DNA of 62,976 bases, the filler included, from Octopus bimaculoides (Eukaryota): the NCBI RefSeq assembly GCF_001194135.2. It is 5 parts of 5 records of this genome, joined end to end, with 100 filler letters (N's around TTAATTAATTAA, not from the genome) between each part and the next. Parts side by side here need not be neighbours in the genome. Positions count along the whole stretch, not along the records: positions 23,591 to 32,844 come from NC_069008.1; positions 32,945 to 41,759 come from NC_068993.1; 3 more parts are not named here. One strand, given 5' to 3'. How positions within the stretch are numbered: the stretch's first letter is position 1; each line of letters opens with the position of its first letter. Below, piece after piece: positions 25,602 through 38,208 of the stretch. A model generated the notes under the pieces. That model saw only the letters and a program-made list of their open reading frames with translations. It was not told the DNA's origin and did no database searches. The translations under genes were made by a program, and so were the position numbers.

Positions 25602-25603
25602 AT

Positions 25604-25630
25604 CTGAAATTAAATATATAAAATTAAAAA
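25604..25630 (-). promoter_or_regulatory. Splice acceptor 2 nt upstream of the ZDHHC start codon (5'UTR intron)
   Basis: Minus strand reads TTTTTTTAATTTTATATATTTAATTTCAG|AT ATG TCA. Confidence 0.6.
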
Positions 25631-27889
25631 AACAAACATACAGTTAATTCTTCTGAGACACAATTTTTCTCTGGCCTCATTCATGTTCTCTCATTCTTAC
25701 ACTCCAACATTAAACATCCAGTGGAGCATGCTTTCTTCATTTCTTCCCGGTCACCACACATCCATCATAGGCCATGTTTGACTGTCATTCAACAACTATC
25801 TATATAAAAGCTGTTTATTAATTAGTTTTGAGTATGTAACATTTTTAGCACCCACATCTACTTTAAATCTTAGAATACTATAATAAATTCAAATTAAGAA
25901 AACTGTAGGTGGCTAGCCACCTACACTTTTCTCTGCAAAATAGGGGTAGTTTATCCTGTTCAGGCTATATTATTAGCATTATTCTGCGATTGAGAATTTA
26001 AAATCACTTCTTTAACTTTTTAAAATACTATATTATGATTCTGAAAAAAAAAAAAATGTAAAATTTCAATTTTTCAAAAAAAATTAAACACCCCTCCCCT
26101 CCTACTAAAATAGCAGACATAAAAAGTATCTAAACAGAAAACGTTTTCAAAATTTTAATTTACTCTACCCCCCTTTTTTTTTCTTTGCCAGAGGGATGGA
26201 GAGGGGGTAAATTAAAATTTTGAAATACCGATTTTTTTTTTTACAGATTCGTAATGTCCGCAACTTTTAATAAGAAACACGGCACACTTTTCGTCTCACG
26301 AAATAAGACCGACCAGATAAGTACTTCGTCCGACGTGCTAAAGATCCTGACAGCTTACTGCCTTAAAAGTCAGAAATGAGAAAATGATTACAAACCTTCG
26401 CGCCAAACCATAATTCTGCTCTCACTGTATAATTATTGTCGTGATGGTTGTTGTTACTATAGTGACTTGCTTGTTGTTGGTACTTGCTGGTATTTACTTG
26501 TGGTAGAAGCAACAATAATAACGATTATCGTTACTATTATGATTACAATGTATAAATGCGCCTGGCCCAGGACAGCAACTTGGCTGGCCAGGTATCAGAT
26601 TTGAAAATTTGAAGACCGGAGACATATACACAACAACTGGAAGTTCGAGATACGAAGGTAAAGATTGACCGGGCATTACCAAAATACGTAAGTAGATTTC
26701 GGAATCTCAACACCGGTTTAGTATTTTGTTGCTCTCATACAGTAGAGAGTTCGCGTTGCTTTGAAATGTCATTATTCCATAGAAAAGCCATGTGTGTGTG
26801 TACTAGAGTAACCAAAGGTCTCGCATCTGCAAAGGGCTTAGCTCCATGGACGGCTCATATACATGATGTAAGCAGACCTAACAATGTATGCCTCATCTCG
26901 GCTTTGTTTCCTCATAACTTTCAGAAAAATGGGTATTTTTTAATGAAATTTTCGACAAATACGCGCAGGCGTGGATGCGTAGTAAGAAGTTAGTTCTTCA
27001 ATCAAATGGTTCCGGGTTCAATCCCACACTACGTGGAACCTTGGTCAAGTGTCTTCTACTATAGTCCCGGATCGACCAAATCATACACACACAAAGAGAG
27101 AGACTGTGTGTATTTGAGTTAGTCCTGAATCACAGCTTGGCAAGTGGTGTTAGTTTGTTTCCATCCAGCATCTTAGCGGTTCGGCAATAACAGACCAATA
27201 AAATAAGTACTGCTGTCGATTCTTTCGATCAAAAAACCCTTCAAGGCAGTGCCCCAGCATGGCCACAGTCTAATGACTAAAGTGAATAACAGATTCTTTT
27301 TCTTTTTACTCCCTTTTTTAGTCATTGAACAAATTGACTAAAGTCGTACCAAGGGTATCCACATATGATAATTGTGATAAATTAAGTACCAGTTGCGTAC
27401 TGTGGTCGATCTAATCGACTGGCCCCCTCCTCAAAAATTTCGGGCCTTGTGCCTAGAGTAGAAAAGTATATATATGTGTGTGTGTACGTATGTATATATA
27501 CGACGGGCTTATTTCTGTTTCCTTCTACTAAATCTACTCACAAGGTTTCGGTTAGCCCTAGGCACAAGACAAGCCACCTCGCAGTGGGACTGTAAAATAT
27601 CAGCGTGGGTGAATGTGTTCGTGAGATATGGTGTGTTGAATTTGAGTACCTTGTGCTGAAAAATATATCGATCTAGATAGATAAAGTGCTACTGCTAATG
27701 CGATCGACTAAGAATCTGCTACAACAGTGGTTTAGGACTTATGTTTTTAATGTGGTTTTGAATTATATGCATACGTGTTATATTCCAGTAAAAGAAGAAT
27801 ACTCAATGCAATTTAAAAAGAAAGAAAATTGTAATAACAGGAGAAAGCTATATCTTTATTCATATTCTATAAAATAAAAAAAGTAGTTG

Positions 27890-27981
27890 CGCCCGCAGAG
27901 GGACTTGAACCCGCGACCCTCAGATTACGTCATATCTATAAACATAAAAGTCTGATGCTCTACCGACTGAGCTATGCGGGC
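27890..27981 (-). tRNA. tRNA-Lys(UUU) with a 19-nt intron (27926-27944)
   Basis: GCCCGCATAGCTCAGTCGGTAGAGCATCAGACTTTTA[TGTTTATAGATATGACGTA]ATCTGAGGGTCGCGGGTTCAAGTCCCTCTGCGGGCG. Perfect 7-bp acceptor stem, canonical A and B boxes, intron between positions 37 and 38, oligo-T terminator just downstream, one T-stem mismatch. Confidence 0.9.
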
Positions 27982-28359
27982 GAACGTAATCACGCCTGCC
28001 ATTATATGTATTAGATCAAATTACACGTGTATGTGTGCGTATGTGTACACACGCATACATCTATATGTATGTATGTTTGGGTGTTATTCGCAACATTTGA
28101 AAACCAATACTGGTTTGTTTACGTCACCATAAATTATTGGTTCGATAAAACTAAACCAATAGAATAATTTACTAAATTCTTCAAGACAGCGCTAGAGCAA
28201 GGCCGCAGTCGACTGACTGAAATGACACACACACACACACACACGCAGGCGCGTAGCTATACTGCAGAGGCGCCCCATTGATTGTATTTTTCTCATAATT
28301 TTCTGAAAATTGCATATTTTTAATGAAATTTGGCACAGTTATGCATTTACGAGGGGCTA

Positions 28360-28660
28360 GGTTTATTGAGCGAAAACACCTAAAAGCTCCACGAGGCTCC
28401 GGCAGGGGGGTGGTGGCGAACCCTGCTATACTCTTTCACCACAACTTTCTCTCACTCTTTCTTCCTGTTTCTGTTGTTCCTGTAATTCAAAGGAGCCAGC
28501 CTTGCCACACTGTGTCACGCTGAATATCCCCAAGAACTATGTTAAGGGTACACGTGTCTGTGGAGTGCTCAGCCACTTGCACGTTAATTTCACGAGCAGG
28601 CTGTTCCGTTGATCGGATCGACTGGAACCCTCGACGTTGTAAGCGACAGAGTGCCAACCA
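28360..28660 (+). mobile_element. SINE family B copy lacking its head
   Basis: Highly similar to the reverse complement of 29949-30245. Confidence 0.85.
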
Positions 28661-29384
28661 CCATCTCGCCTGTCTTCAAATTCCGCCGACATCGACTTTG
28701 CCTTTCATCCTCTAGAGATCGATAAAATAGGCACCAGTAATCGTCTATCCCCCTCCACAAAATTTGAGGCTTTGTGCCTATAGTGGAAAGGATTTAGTGA
28801 TAAGCAATACATGAAAGCAATGTTGGTGTTTAATGTACCGCCTACACTCCCTCAAAAGTACTTTTCAGTTTTTCATGGGATTTTCTTGCAATAGCTTGTG
28901 GATATCTCAGCATTCTTTTAGGTTTCTGACACAAAATGAAAGAAGAAGAATATTAACCCAAGCAGTCGGAATTTTACGAAAATGGTAACATTTTTAAAGC
29001 AACAACAATTTTAAGAGTTGTAATCTCCGAATGTTTAAACTTGAAATTTATTACAAACAATAAACAAAAAGGTGTGGCTGTGTGGTAAGAAGCTTGCTTC
29101 CCAACCACATGGTCCAGGGTTCAGTTGCATGGCATGGCAGCTTAGGCACGTGTCTTCTACTACAGCCTTGGGCCTACCAAAGTTTTGTGAGTGGATTTGG
29201 TAGACGGAAACTGAAAAGAAGCCCGTCTTCAGCTAGCTTGGGCTTGACATTATCCTTACACTTCTTCTCCAGGGACTTCCCAGAGACCTTCCAAGGAAGT
29301 TCTATGCTTCTGTACTGGATATTCCTGTAAAAAGAGAGGTGGCGCTTTCAACCGATCACCAGTCAGTTGTCTGCAACATGAAAC

Positions 29385-29642
29385 TATTTGCATCAGGTGG
29401 CACGTAAAATACACCATTTTGAGCGTGGCCGTTGCCAGTACCGCCTGACTGGCCTTCGTGCCGGTGGCACGTAAAAGCATCCACTACACTCTCGGAGTGG
29501 TTGGCGTTAGGAAGGGCACCCAGCTGTAGAAACTCTGCCAGATCATAATGGAGCCTGGTGTAGCCATCTGGTTTCACCAGTCCTCAGTCAAATCGTCCAA
29601 CCCATGCTAGCATGGAAAACGGACGTTAAACGATGATGATGA
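29385..29642 (+). mobile_element. SINE family D copy
   Basis: Near-identical to 23591-23828. Confidence 0.8.
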
Positions 29643-29948
29643 CACACACACACATTCACTACGTATTAACTCTTTTGATATCAATGCACCTGAGACTGCC
29701 AATGGTTCTATGATACAAACTGTCTGTTTTAAACTTATCTAAATGAAATGCTTCTTCCATTGAAATTTCATGTTAATTCATGTTCCAAACACCAGATAAA
29801 TAACAAGTTAAATTAGTAAATCATTAGTTATTTTCTCAATTAACTGAAACAAAAGCAGTGTGTTTTGGCAGAAATAAGGTTAAGAAAAGGGTTAATAATG
29901 ACAAAGTTATTTGAATAAACTCTTTCATGTTTTCTAAATTTGTTGTTG

Positions 29949-30328
29949 TTGGCAGTCCATCGCTTACGACGTCGAGGTTTCCAGTTAATCCGATCAACGG
30001 AACAGCCTGCTCGTGAAATTAACGTGCAAGTGGCTGAGCACTCCACAGACACGTGTACCCTTAACGTAGTTCTCGGGGAGATTCAGCGTGACACAGTGTG
30101 ACAAGGCTGACCCTTTTGAATTACAGGCACAACAGAAACAGGAAGTAAGAGTGAGAGAAAGTTGTGGTGGAAGAGTACAGCAGGGTTCGCCACCACCCCC
30201 TGCCGGAGCCTCATGGAGCTTTTAGGTGTTTTCGCTCAATAAACACTCACAACGCTCGGTCTGGGAATCGAAACCATGATGCTATGACCGCGAGTCCGCT
30301 GCTCTAACCACTGGGCCATTGCGCCTCC
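29949..30328 (-). mobile_element. Full-length tRNA-derived SINE, family B
   Basis: Minus-strand head GGAGGCGCAATGGCCCAGTGGTTAGAGC (A box)...GGTTTCGATTCCC (B box). Related heads or bodies at 22810, 31125, 44490, 57790 and 58950. Confidence 0.9.
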
Positions 30329-32328
30329 ACTGTTTTCTAAATTAATTGAAACAAAAGCAGTGAGTTTCAACAGAAGTATAACAAAAAGGTTTGTCAAACA
30401 ACATGGTATGAATTGCATATTTAGAATCAAAAAGCCGGAGATTGAAAAGTCCATTTGTTTTTTATTATAACAATAATAATAATCATCATATAAATAATAT
30501 AAATACTACTAATAATAATAATACAAAATGTTAGGAAAATAATTACAAAAAAAAAATCATCAGAATATTGAGAACATTTTGAAAAATCTGAGAAAATTCC
30601 AGAAAACCAGGAAAACCTTTTGGACATAAATTGTAACAGATAAAAAAAAAAAAAAAGAAACAAAGAAAAACAAACAAAGCACACATATCTGTGTGATAAA
30701 AAGTTTGATTCCCAACCATATGGTTCCAGGTTCAGTCCCACCGTGCGGCACCTTGAGTAAAGTATGTTCTACTATAGTTTCAGGCTGATCAAAGCCTTGT
30801 GAGTGGATTTGATAGATGGAAACTGGAAGAAGCCTGCTGTATATATATCTATATATGTATGTGTGTGTGCTCCCTCTCACCACTTCAATGTGTGTGTTGA
30901 CATGGTTTCTATGGTTGGATGCCCTTCTTAAACCCATATATTTACAGAGTATACTGGGTACTTTTTCATGGCACCAGCCCTAGAGAGGTTGCCAAGTAAT
31001 TCACAAGACCCCCACCTCAACTGTGTCAGGGGAGTGGCTATGCACCTGGTGAGAAGCTAAAATCTCAAAGCAGGATTAATTCAAAACAATGGGGAATTCA
31101 AAAGCATGGTGGAATTCTACTCTAAGCATGGCACTAAGACACTTCATTTCACGTTGCTCCACTCTCCACTCAGCTGCAAAAATAAAGTGTAATTCAAAGG
31201 GTCAGCCCTGTCTCACCCTCTGTGTCACACTGACTCTCCTTGAGACCCATGTTAAAAGTACATGCATCTGTGGAGTACTCAGCCGCTTGCATGTTAATTT
31301 CACGAGCAGGCTGTTTCATTGGTCAGATCAACTGGAATCCTCATCGCTGTAACCGACAAAGTACCAGGAATAAAACCACAGCTTTTTTGTTCTTTGGAAT
31401 TTTCAGAAAATTTTTGTGAATTTCTGTTCACACGACTATGAAAAAAAAAAGAAATTTTTTTTTCTATTTTCGAAATTAAAAAAATTAATTTAATTTTGCA
31501 AAATTGTTTTTTAATTTTCGAATTTAAAAAAAAAATTTTTTAAATGTTTTTTGAATGTTTTTAAAAAAATCACAGTTTAAAATATGGACAGTCCAAATTT
31601 TTGGCTTAAATCCCAGTAATGGAGAATTAAATGTGTTTATGCGGAGGAAGATATTGAAAAACATCAATATGTCAGACTGACAAATGAGGAGGGTATCAAG
31701 CGGTCATGAGATATGCTAAAAATAACAGCTACATACCCCTTAACACACCAAAAAATTTTTTGTCTTGGTTTTTGCATAATCGTATGAATTCTTGTAGGTA
31801 GAATACAAATTCGCAAAACTTTTCTGAAAATTCCAAAAATAAAAGAGTTATGAGGGGTCATAAACAATTCCACCAAAGCATTTCATTTGACAAGGTAATT
31901 GGGAAGCTTATGGATTAATGTTAATTACAGGTGGAATCAGTGGGGCAGAGTGTGCAAGAGACTAGGCTCTACCTTTGACGTTACAGGTACAATCCACATG
32001 ACAGCTTTCTATATAATTTCTGTCTCTCCAATTTCTCTAACAAGGTATGGATTGACCTGAGACAATGGAAAACGATTTTTGACCCAAGATTTTCAGCACA
32101 GCAGAATTGAAACTGAGACTTCTGGCTTGAGAAGCAAAGATTTTTATACATTTGGCCATAACGCACACACAAATATATACATACATATACAAATATTTAA
32201 CTTCATGTAAATACATTACAGCTCTATCTTTTAGAGCGTGCGTCTTCTTTGGATTTACGATCCACTGATTATATATATATATACATATATATATATGCAT
32301 ATATACATATATATGTACATACTTACAT

Positions 32329-32385
<57 letters not shown>

Positions 32386-32389
<4 letters not shown>

Positions 32390-32775
32390 TATATGGGTAC
32401 AGGACGTCACAAAATGTAAACAACATGAAATATGAAAAAGACATGGATTACGAAATACGAAAGCAAACCTGGGTATGCGAAAAACGTAAGAAACAAATGG
32501 CAAACAAGACAAGTAACATAAAGAACGACCCTTCATCAGTTGTCAGCTGTTTATCTACTCCACATTTCGAGCAATTCACAATGCTTGAAATGTAGAGCAG
32601 CCGACAACTGATGAAGGGTCGTTCTTTATGTTACTTGTCTTGTTTTCCATTTGTTTCTCTCATTGTTCACATACCCAGGTTTGCTTTTGTATATCATGTT
32701 TTCGTATTTCGTAATCCATGTCATTTTCATATTTCTTATCGTTTACATTTTGTGACGTCCTGTACCCATATATGC
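32386..32775. mobile_element. About 390-nt foldback element embedded in (TA)n
   Basis: GCATATATGGGTACAGGACGTCACAAAATGTAAAC...AAGAACGACCCTTCATCAGTTGTC is mirrored on the right; innermost stem ACATTTCGAGCA / TGCTTGAAATGT with an 8-nt loop. Confidence 0.9.
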
Positions 32776-32808
<33 letters not shown>

Positions 32809-33039
32809 TATGTAAGTATGTACATATATGCATGTATATATATANNNNNNNNNNNNNNNNNNNNNNNNNNNNNNNNNNNNNNNNNNNNTTAATTAATTAA
32901 NNNNNNNNNNNNNNNNNNNNNNNNNNNNNNNNNNNNNNNNNNNNATATATATATATATATATATATATACAAATTTGAATTAGAGGCAACACTAATATTG
33001 TAAGCATTATCGAACAAACATTTTATGCACATTGTCTGT

Positions 33040-34290
33040 TCACCGGTATGCTTCAAATTATCGCGGGGGGAATGATTCCTTCAAAAGGTCGGGTATCAAA
33101 ACACCTGGAAGTCATAAAGAGGAGAGCCCATTCAAGGGCGATGAACAACGATTTTTCGAAGTGATGCCTTTTAACGCATCTGTCGTTTTTTACTCCAACA
33201 TTTCCACATCCTCAAAACGTTTTCCTTTAAGGTTTTTTTTCCATTCGGTGAACAAAAATAATGTCGTAGGGGAAAAAAATCGGATGAATAGGGAGGGTGG
33301 GTAAGTGGGGGTCATGCCATTTTTGGTCAAAAACTGTTTCACAATCAATGCAGTGTGTGCAGGCGCATTGTTGTACTGAAACCACCGCTCTCCACTTTGC
33401 CAAAAATCGTGGCATTTTCGTCTCACCGCGTCTCGCAAACTCTTCAGAACTGCCAAGTAAAATATCTGGCTATCAACTTGACCAAGAGGAACAAATTATT
33501 TGGGGGACAATTCCTTTCGCATCTATGAAACAAACCAACATCGTCTTGACATTGGACTTCACTTGATGCGCTTTTTTGCGGTGTGGCGACATTGAATGCT
33601 TCCATTAACTTGATTGCTGCTTAGCTTCCAAGTTTTAACCATAGTAGCAGCTTTCGTCACCAGCGATGACCTTCGAAAAATGGTCCGGATCTACTTCCAA
33701 CTGTTGTTTCCGTTCACGACACGCATTCAGTCGTGAATGCTTTTGATCTTCTGTAAGCAAGCGAGGCACACATTTTTCTGCAACTCTTTTCATTCGCAAT
33801 TCCTCGCTCAAAACTCGTTGGCAGGATCTCCAGGACACACCAGTCATATTCAAAATCAGTTCGTGAATTTTCGTGATATTTTCATTCGTTCGGGAGTTCG
33901 ACGGTCGCCCTGAATGAGGTTGGTCTTCAAGCGACAAGGGATCATTCCAAAAGTGTGAAAACCACTCGTTAACCTGTGTTTTGCCCATGACTGCGTCCTT
34001 GTAAGCTGTTTGAGGAATGTAAGCGTCTTTATAAACTGTTCAGCTATGTAAGCTGTTTCTGTCGCCGTTTTCCCCAACAAAAAACAGAGTTTCACGGAAG
34101 CTCACTGTGTCTTCGTTTCAGCCATCGCAAAAATCGACGAACAAGGGAGAAGCCACTGCAAAAGGAGACGCAAGACGTGGGAGTACGCCCTCGCTTCATA
34201 ACACTAGTCGGCAGACTGGTGCCTGAGGGTCGCATGAAGTGGTTTCTAGCGGCAAAAGCCTGAACTACAATGAGCTTCACCCACAGAGAA
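33040..34290 (-). mobile_element. mariner-family transposon, degenerate transposase
   Basis: KLCFLLGKTATET; WFSHF..LEDQPHSGRPS; CVPRLLTEDQK (WVPxxL); VIAGDES; YNNAPAHTA; KGKRFEDVE; multiple frameshifts. Confidence 0.9.
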
Positions 34291-34320
34291 CGTTTGCAGT
34301 TACCTTTGGGAACTTTATCC

Positions 34321-34359
<39 letters not shown>

Positions 34360-35982
34360 GTGCGCGCGCGTATATATGTGTGTGTGTGTGTGCGTGTGCG
34401 CGCATATATGTGTGTGTAATATATGTATATGTGTATGCATGTATGCATGTATGTATACGTATATACGTGTACATATGTAAGCATTCATGTATGTATCTCA
34501 ATGTGTTTATAACTATAGATTTTGCTATCCCCTCGTATATTTGAACCTTGTCTGTCTTATTTCGATCGGCTTTTTATTGTGTATATATTGGTATATGTAT
34601 TTATAAACATACATGTTTTTTGTTGTTCACATTTATTTCTGTTCACACTGTTTGATTCTGCAAACATCTTCTTCTACACACATTTTTTTCTGCATCCATG
34701 TTGCTGTATGAATTGAATTTAATCAGTCTTTATATCGGTCAACTAATTTTTATCTGTGTCTGTGTGTTCGGCTGTATGTTTTTTATTTATTTTTTATCAA
34801 TCTATTTCCCTGTCTAATGCTAAATGATGACGCCATATCACATATAAACATACATATCTCTGTTTTACCTTTATCCTCTTTACCTTTCTCGTCCTTGCAT
34901 TTTCCTGTCTATAATCTTATCTGCTACGTGTTTCTCTTCTTCATATTTTCTTTCATGGCTGAAATTTCTCCATCACTTACAATAGGCTTAACTTTAATTA
35001 ATTAATTAATTCGTTTTATTCATTGTTCATTATATTCATTTGCTTTGTACCAATTTTAATTTTTATTATTTTAATTCTAATTTCTGTCACTTGCGGTATT
35101 TTATTTTCAGTGAGCTTTTATGCCTGTTTCCATTAGCATATATAATTTACTCTACTCAGGTTTTATGTATCTCACTTCAAAGTTTATATATTTTTCCATT
35201 ACGGTCAATCGCTTTCATCCAACATATTCCCGTTATTTTGAATATTAACTGTGCTGCTTAATCAGTTGGTAATGAGTTGGTAATTATAAATACTTGTAAG
35301 TATAAATATTAGTGATAGCGAAAAGTGACACCGTATTTTCAAGCAAATAGTCTGATGTTATACTATAAATGATTCACAAGTCAATAAAATGTGTCTTTGC
35401 AAATCAAGCAATCAACATACATTTAATGACCAAATATTATTGTAGATAGACGCTGTATGTGTATATGTTCTATCTAATAGCCCGTGGCAGACGACGACTT
35501 TACTGAGCTGCATATTCGGCATTGCATGATTTATGAATTTTGTAAGGGCATCAATACTCCAAACATTATTCATCTTTAAAGAAGCTGATTTTTTATGCCT
35601 GGGGAATCCGAAAAGGGGTTTTGATGTAGGAAAATATTATTGCTATCAATGGTAATTATATCTTCAATGAATAAATATACTTACAATATATTTTACGCTG
35701 ATTTGATCTCATTGCTTGAAATACGACATTACTTTTCGGTTACCCTAATGTTCAATGATCCCTTGCTTTTTTTTTTTATATATATATATATTCATATCAG
35801 ATAATCGGTTGCATGAAACTCTATGTAAGGGTTTGTGAAGATTTTTCAGCGTCAATAAAATGCTATATTTTTATATCTTTGGCATTCCGAAACTACTTTT
35901 TCCACCTTGCTTTACACTTATGTGTTCACATGTGTGTATGTTTGTTTGTGTGTGTATGTGTGTATGTATGTATGTATGGATG

Positions 35983-36013
<31 letters not shown>

Positions 36014-36422
36014 GTAGGTAGGTAGGTAGGTAGGTACCTACGTACGTACGAAGGTAGGTAAGTATTTTAGAGGATTACATACAAATATAGTGAGTAGAGT
36101 GACAACTTAGTCTAACTTAGATTACCCTCGCAATTAGCGAACAAAAGCGAAGATCATTCTCTTAACAGGAGTATTTAATTTCTTTAAAATTCTTCAAGTA
36201 ATGGAGACAATTCTAACTTCGGGTAATTTTTATTAACTGGTATTTGTGAAAGTATCACGCGTTTTTTATTTTTTGCTTTTGTTTTGTTTTTTTAAATTTT
36301 GTGACAGGGAAGATCATATGTTATCATTGCAAGGAAAATCTTTCTTCATCGAAGGTTTACTCTTAAGTCTGTGTGTGTGCATGTGTATATATCGTATGCG
36401 CATGCGCTCACACATATTATGC

Positions 36423-36455
<33 letters not shown>

Positions 36456-36464
36456 TACACACAC

Positions 36465-36539
<75 letters not shown>

Positions 36540-36611
36540 AGCACACACACACATACACACACATATATATATATATGTAAACACACACACACACATACAC
36601 ATATATATATT

Positions 36612-38208
36612 TCGAGCGACTCAGCTCAGATCACAGGTATCGTAGAAATTTTCATCTTATTCCACATCAAATACTCTTTCCCACAAATAGCGGGGTGGGT
36701 TTGGGATCTATACAGAGTCGATCCCCTTTTCGTAATAGATAATTGTACTAAAGTAGAAATAGCGAGAGACAGAAAAAAACTACACAAATTATTAAAAAAA
36801 ATTTGCCCTATCCATAACCATAGACAGTAACTACCGTAAGGTAAATTTCCTAGGTGCTACTTTTAACTTAGAAACAAAGATGTACGAACCATACCGCAAA
36901 CCGAATGAGTGTTTTAGATACATAAATGTAAAGTCCAATCATCCACTGTCCATAACCAAAGGAATAGTCAGGAACATAGCCAGCAGAATATCACGTCTAT
37001 CAGCCAATGAGACAATATTCAACACACATGCACTTCACTACAATGAAGTACTAGCTCGGGCCAGGTATAAGGAAAAATTCAAGTTCACACCTGGCAACTC
37101 GCTAAATAATACTAATACACACACACAAATAAAGTAGAAAACACATACAACATGAAACACAATAATAAACACATAACAATAAAACCACAAAAACCAAGAC
37201 ACAATGGAAAGATAGAAAAAATAAACAAAATCCTAAAGAATAACAATAATAGCAAAAATGAGGCACACAATGCCAACAACACACAAAATAAGCTAAAGGA
37301 ATCAAGCAAAAAATATAATAATTTCGAGGTCCTGTGTTATAACCCAATTTTCAGATTGCAAATATCATCGAAGATAAGTAAACAATTCCTAGCAGCGTTA
37401 GATAGGTACTTCCCTAAAACACATAAATATTATCGTATCTTCAACAAGCAGGCAATGAAAGTATCGTATGTCACATCTAACAACATGGAGTACCACATAC
37501 ACAAATACAACGAGAAAATATACATGCAAACATCGACTACAGACAAGGAACAAATAGATCAAAACAACACCGGAACAATAACAAAAATAAACACAATAGG
37601 GTTCACAAAAACAAAGCGACCCCAACAGTTATATTAGGCGTCAAACAGAAACTCAGAAACAAATCAACAAAAGAAGCACCAACATCAAGAACACTTCAGA
37701 CACTGCTAATCAACTGGAGCATCACAAAAACAAAAGTATAACGTCGCCAAATAAGTGCAAAATAATAATAGTGCAAATCACTGCAGCTGTCAAAAAAATC
37801 TACATTTCCCCTCAGGAACCAATGCATGCAAAAAAAAAAAATATCATATACATATGCACAATCACTACACCACAATACACATAGATAAGAGCATCCGAAA
37901 CCCAATTTAAAGTCCTTTGTCGTAACCATATCTCTTCATTCTGAAAGATAAACCGGCGACATGCAACATCACTAGCGAACCTAATATGGAGATTAAAAAA
38001 AGGAAAATATAATACGAAATAGAATGGTCAATAATAGTAAAATACAAACCTACATAATACATTATTCGGCGTATGTGACTTGTGCCTTGAGGAAGTTTTG
38101 TGCATTCTGTTAAGTAACGAAAACTTGGTTAACAAGCATACTGAGAAAATACCAAGATGTTGCAACTGCGCCAAATATGCGTTTTCAAGATACAACACAA
38201 TCGAGTAA
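36612..38208 (+). mobile_element. Penelope-like retroelement remnant (RT C-terminal half plus GIY-YIG region)
   Basis: DLYRVD (decayed YRDD); YEPYRKPNECFRYINVKSNHP; YNPIF...KQFLAALDRYFPKTHKYYRIFNKQAMKVSY; WSII; CDLCLEEVLCIL...NLVNKHTE, the order expected for PLE RT-linker-endonuclease. Confidence 0.85.

Noticed and set aside
26530-26660. Plus-strand peptide NAPGPGQQLGWPGIRFENLKTGDIYNNWKFEIRR as a coding exon
   Set aside because: An in-frame stop lies just upstream, with no ATG or convincing acceptor and no recognised homology.
32605-32640. CTGATGA hammerhead-ribozyme core in the foldback arm (also at about 4827, 7243 and 51767)
   Set aside because: None has the required stem II closed by GAAA together with stem III and a cleavage triplet.
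34990-35012. TTAATTAATTAA at 34993 as another assembly linker
   Set aside because: It is not flanked by N runs; a natural (TTAA)n tract.
35480-35570. Short mariner-like N-terminal peptide (LHIRHCMIYEFCKG)
   Set aside because: Too short and isolated to annotate with confidence.
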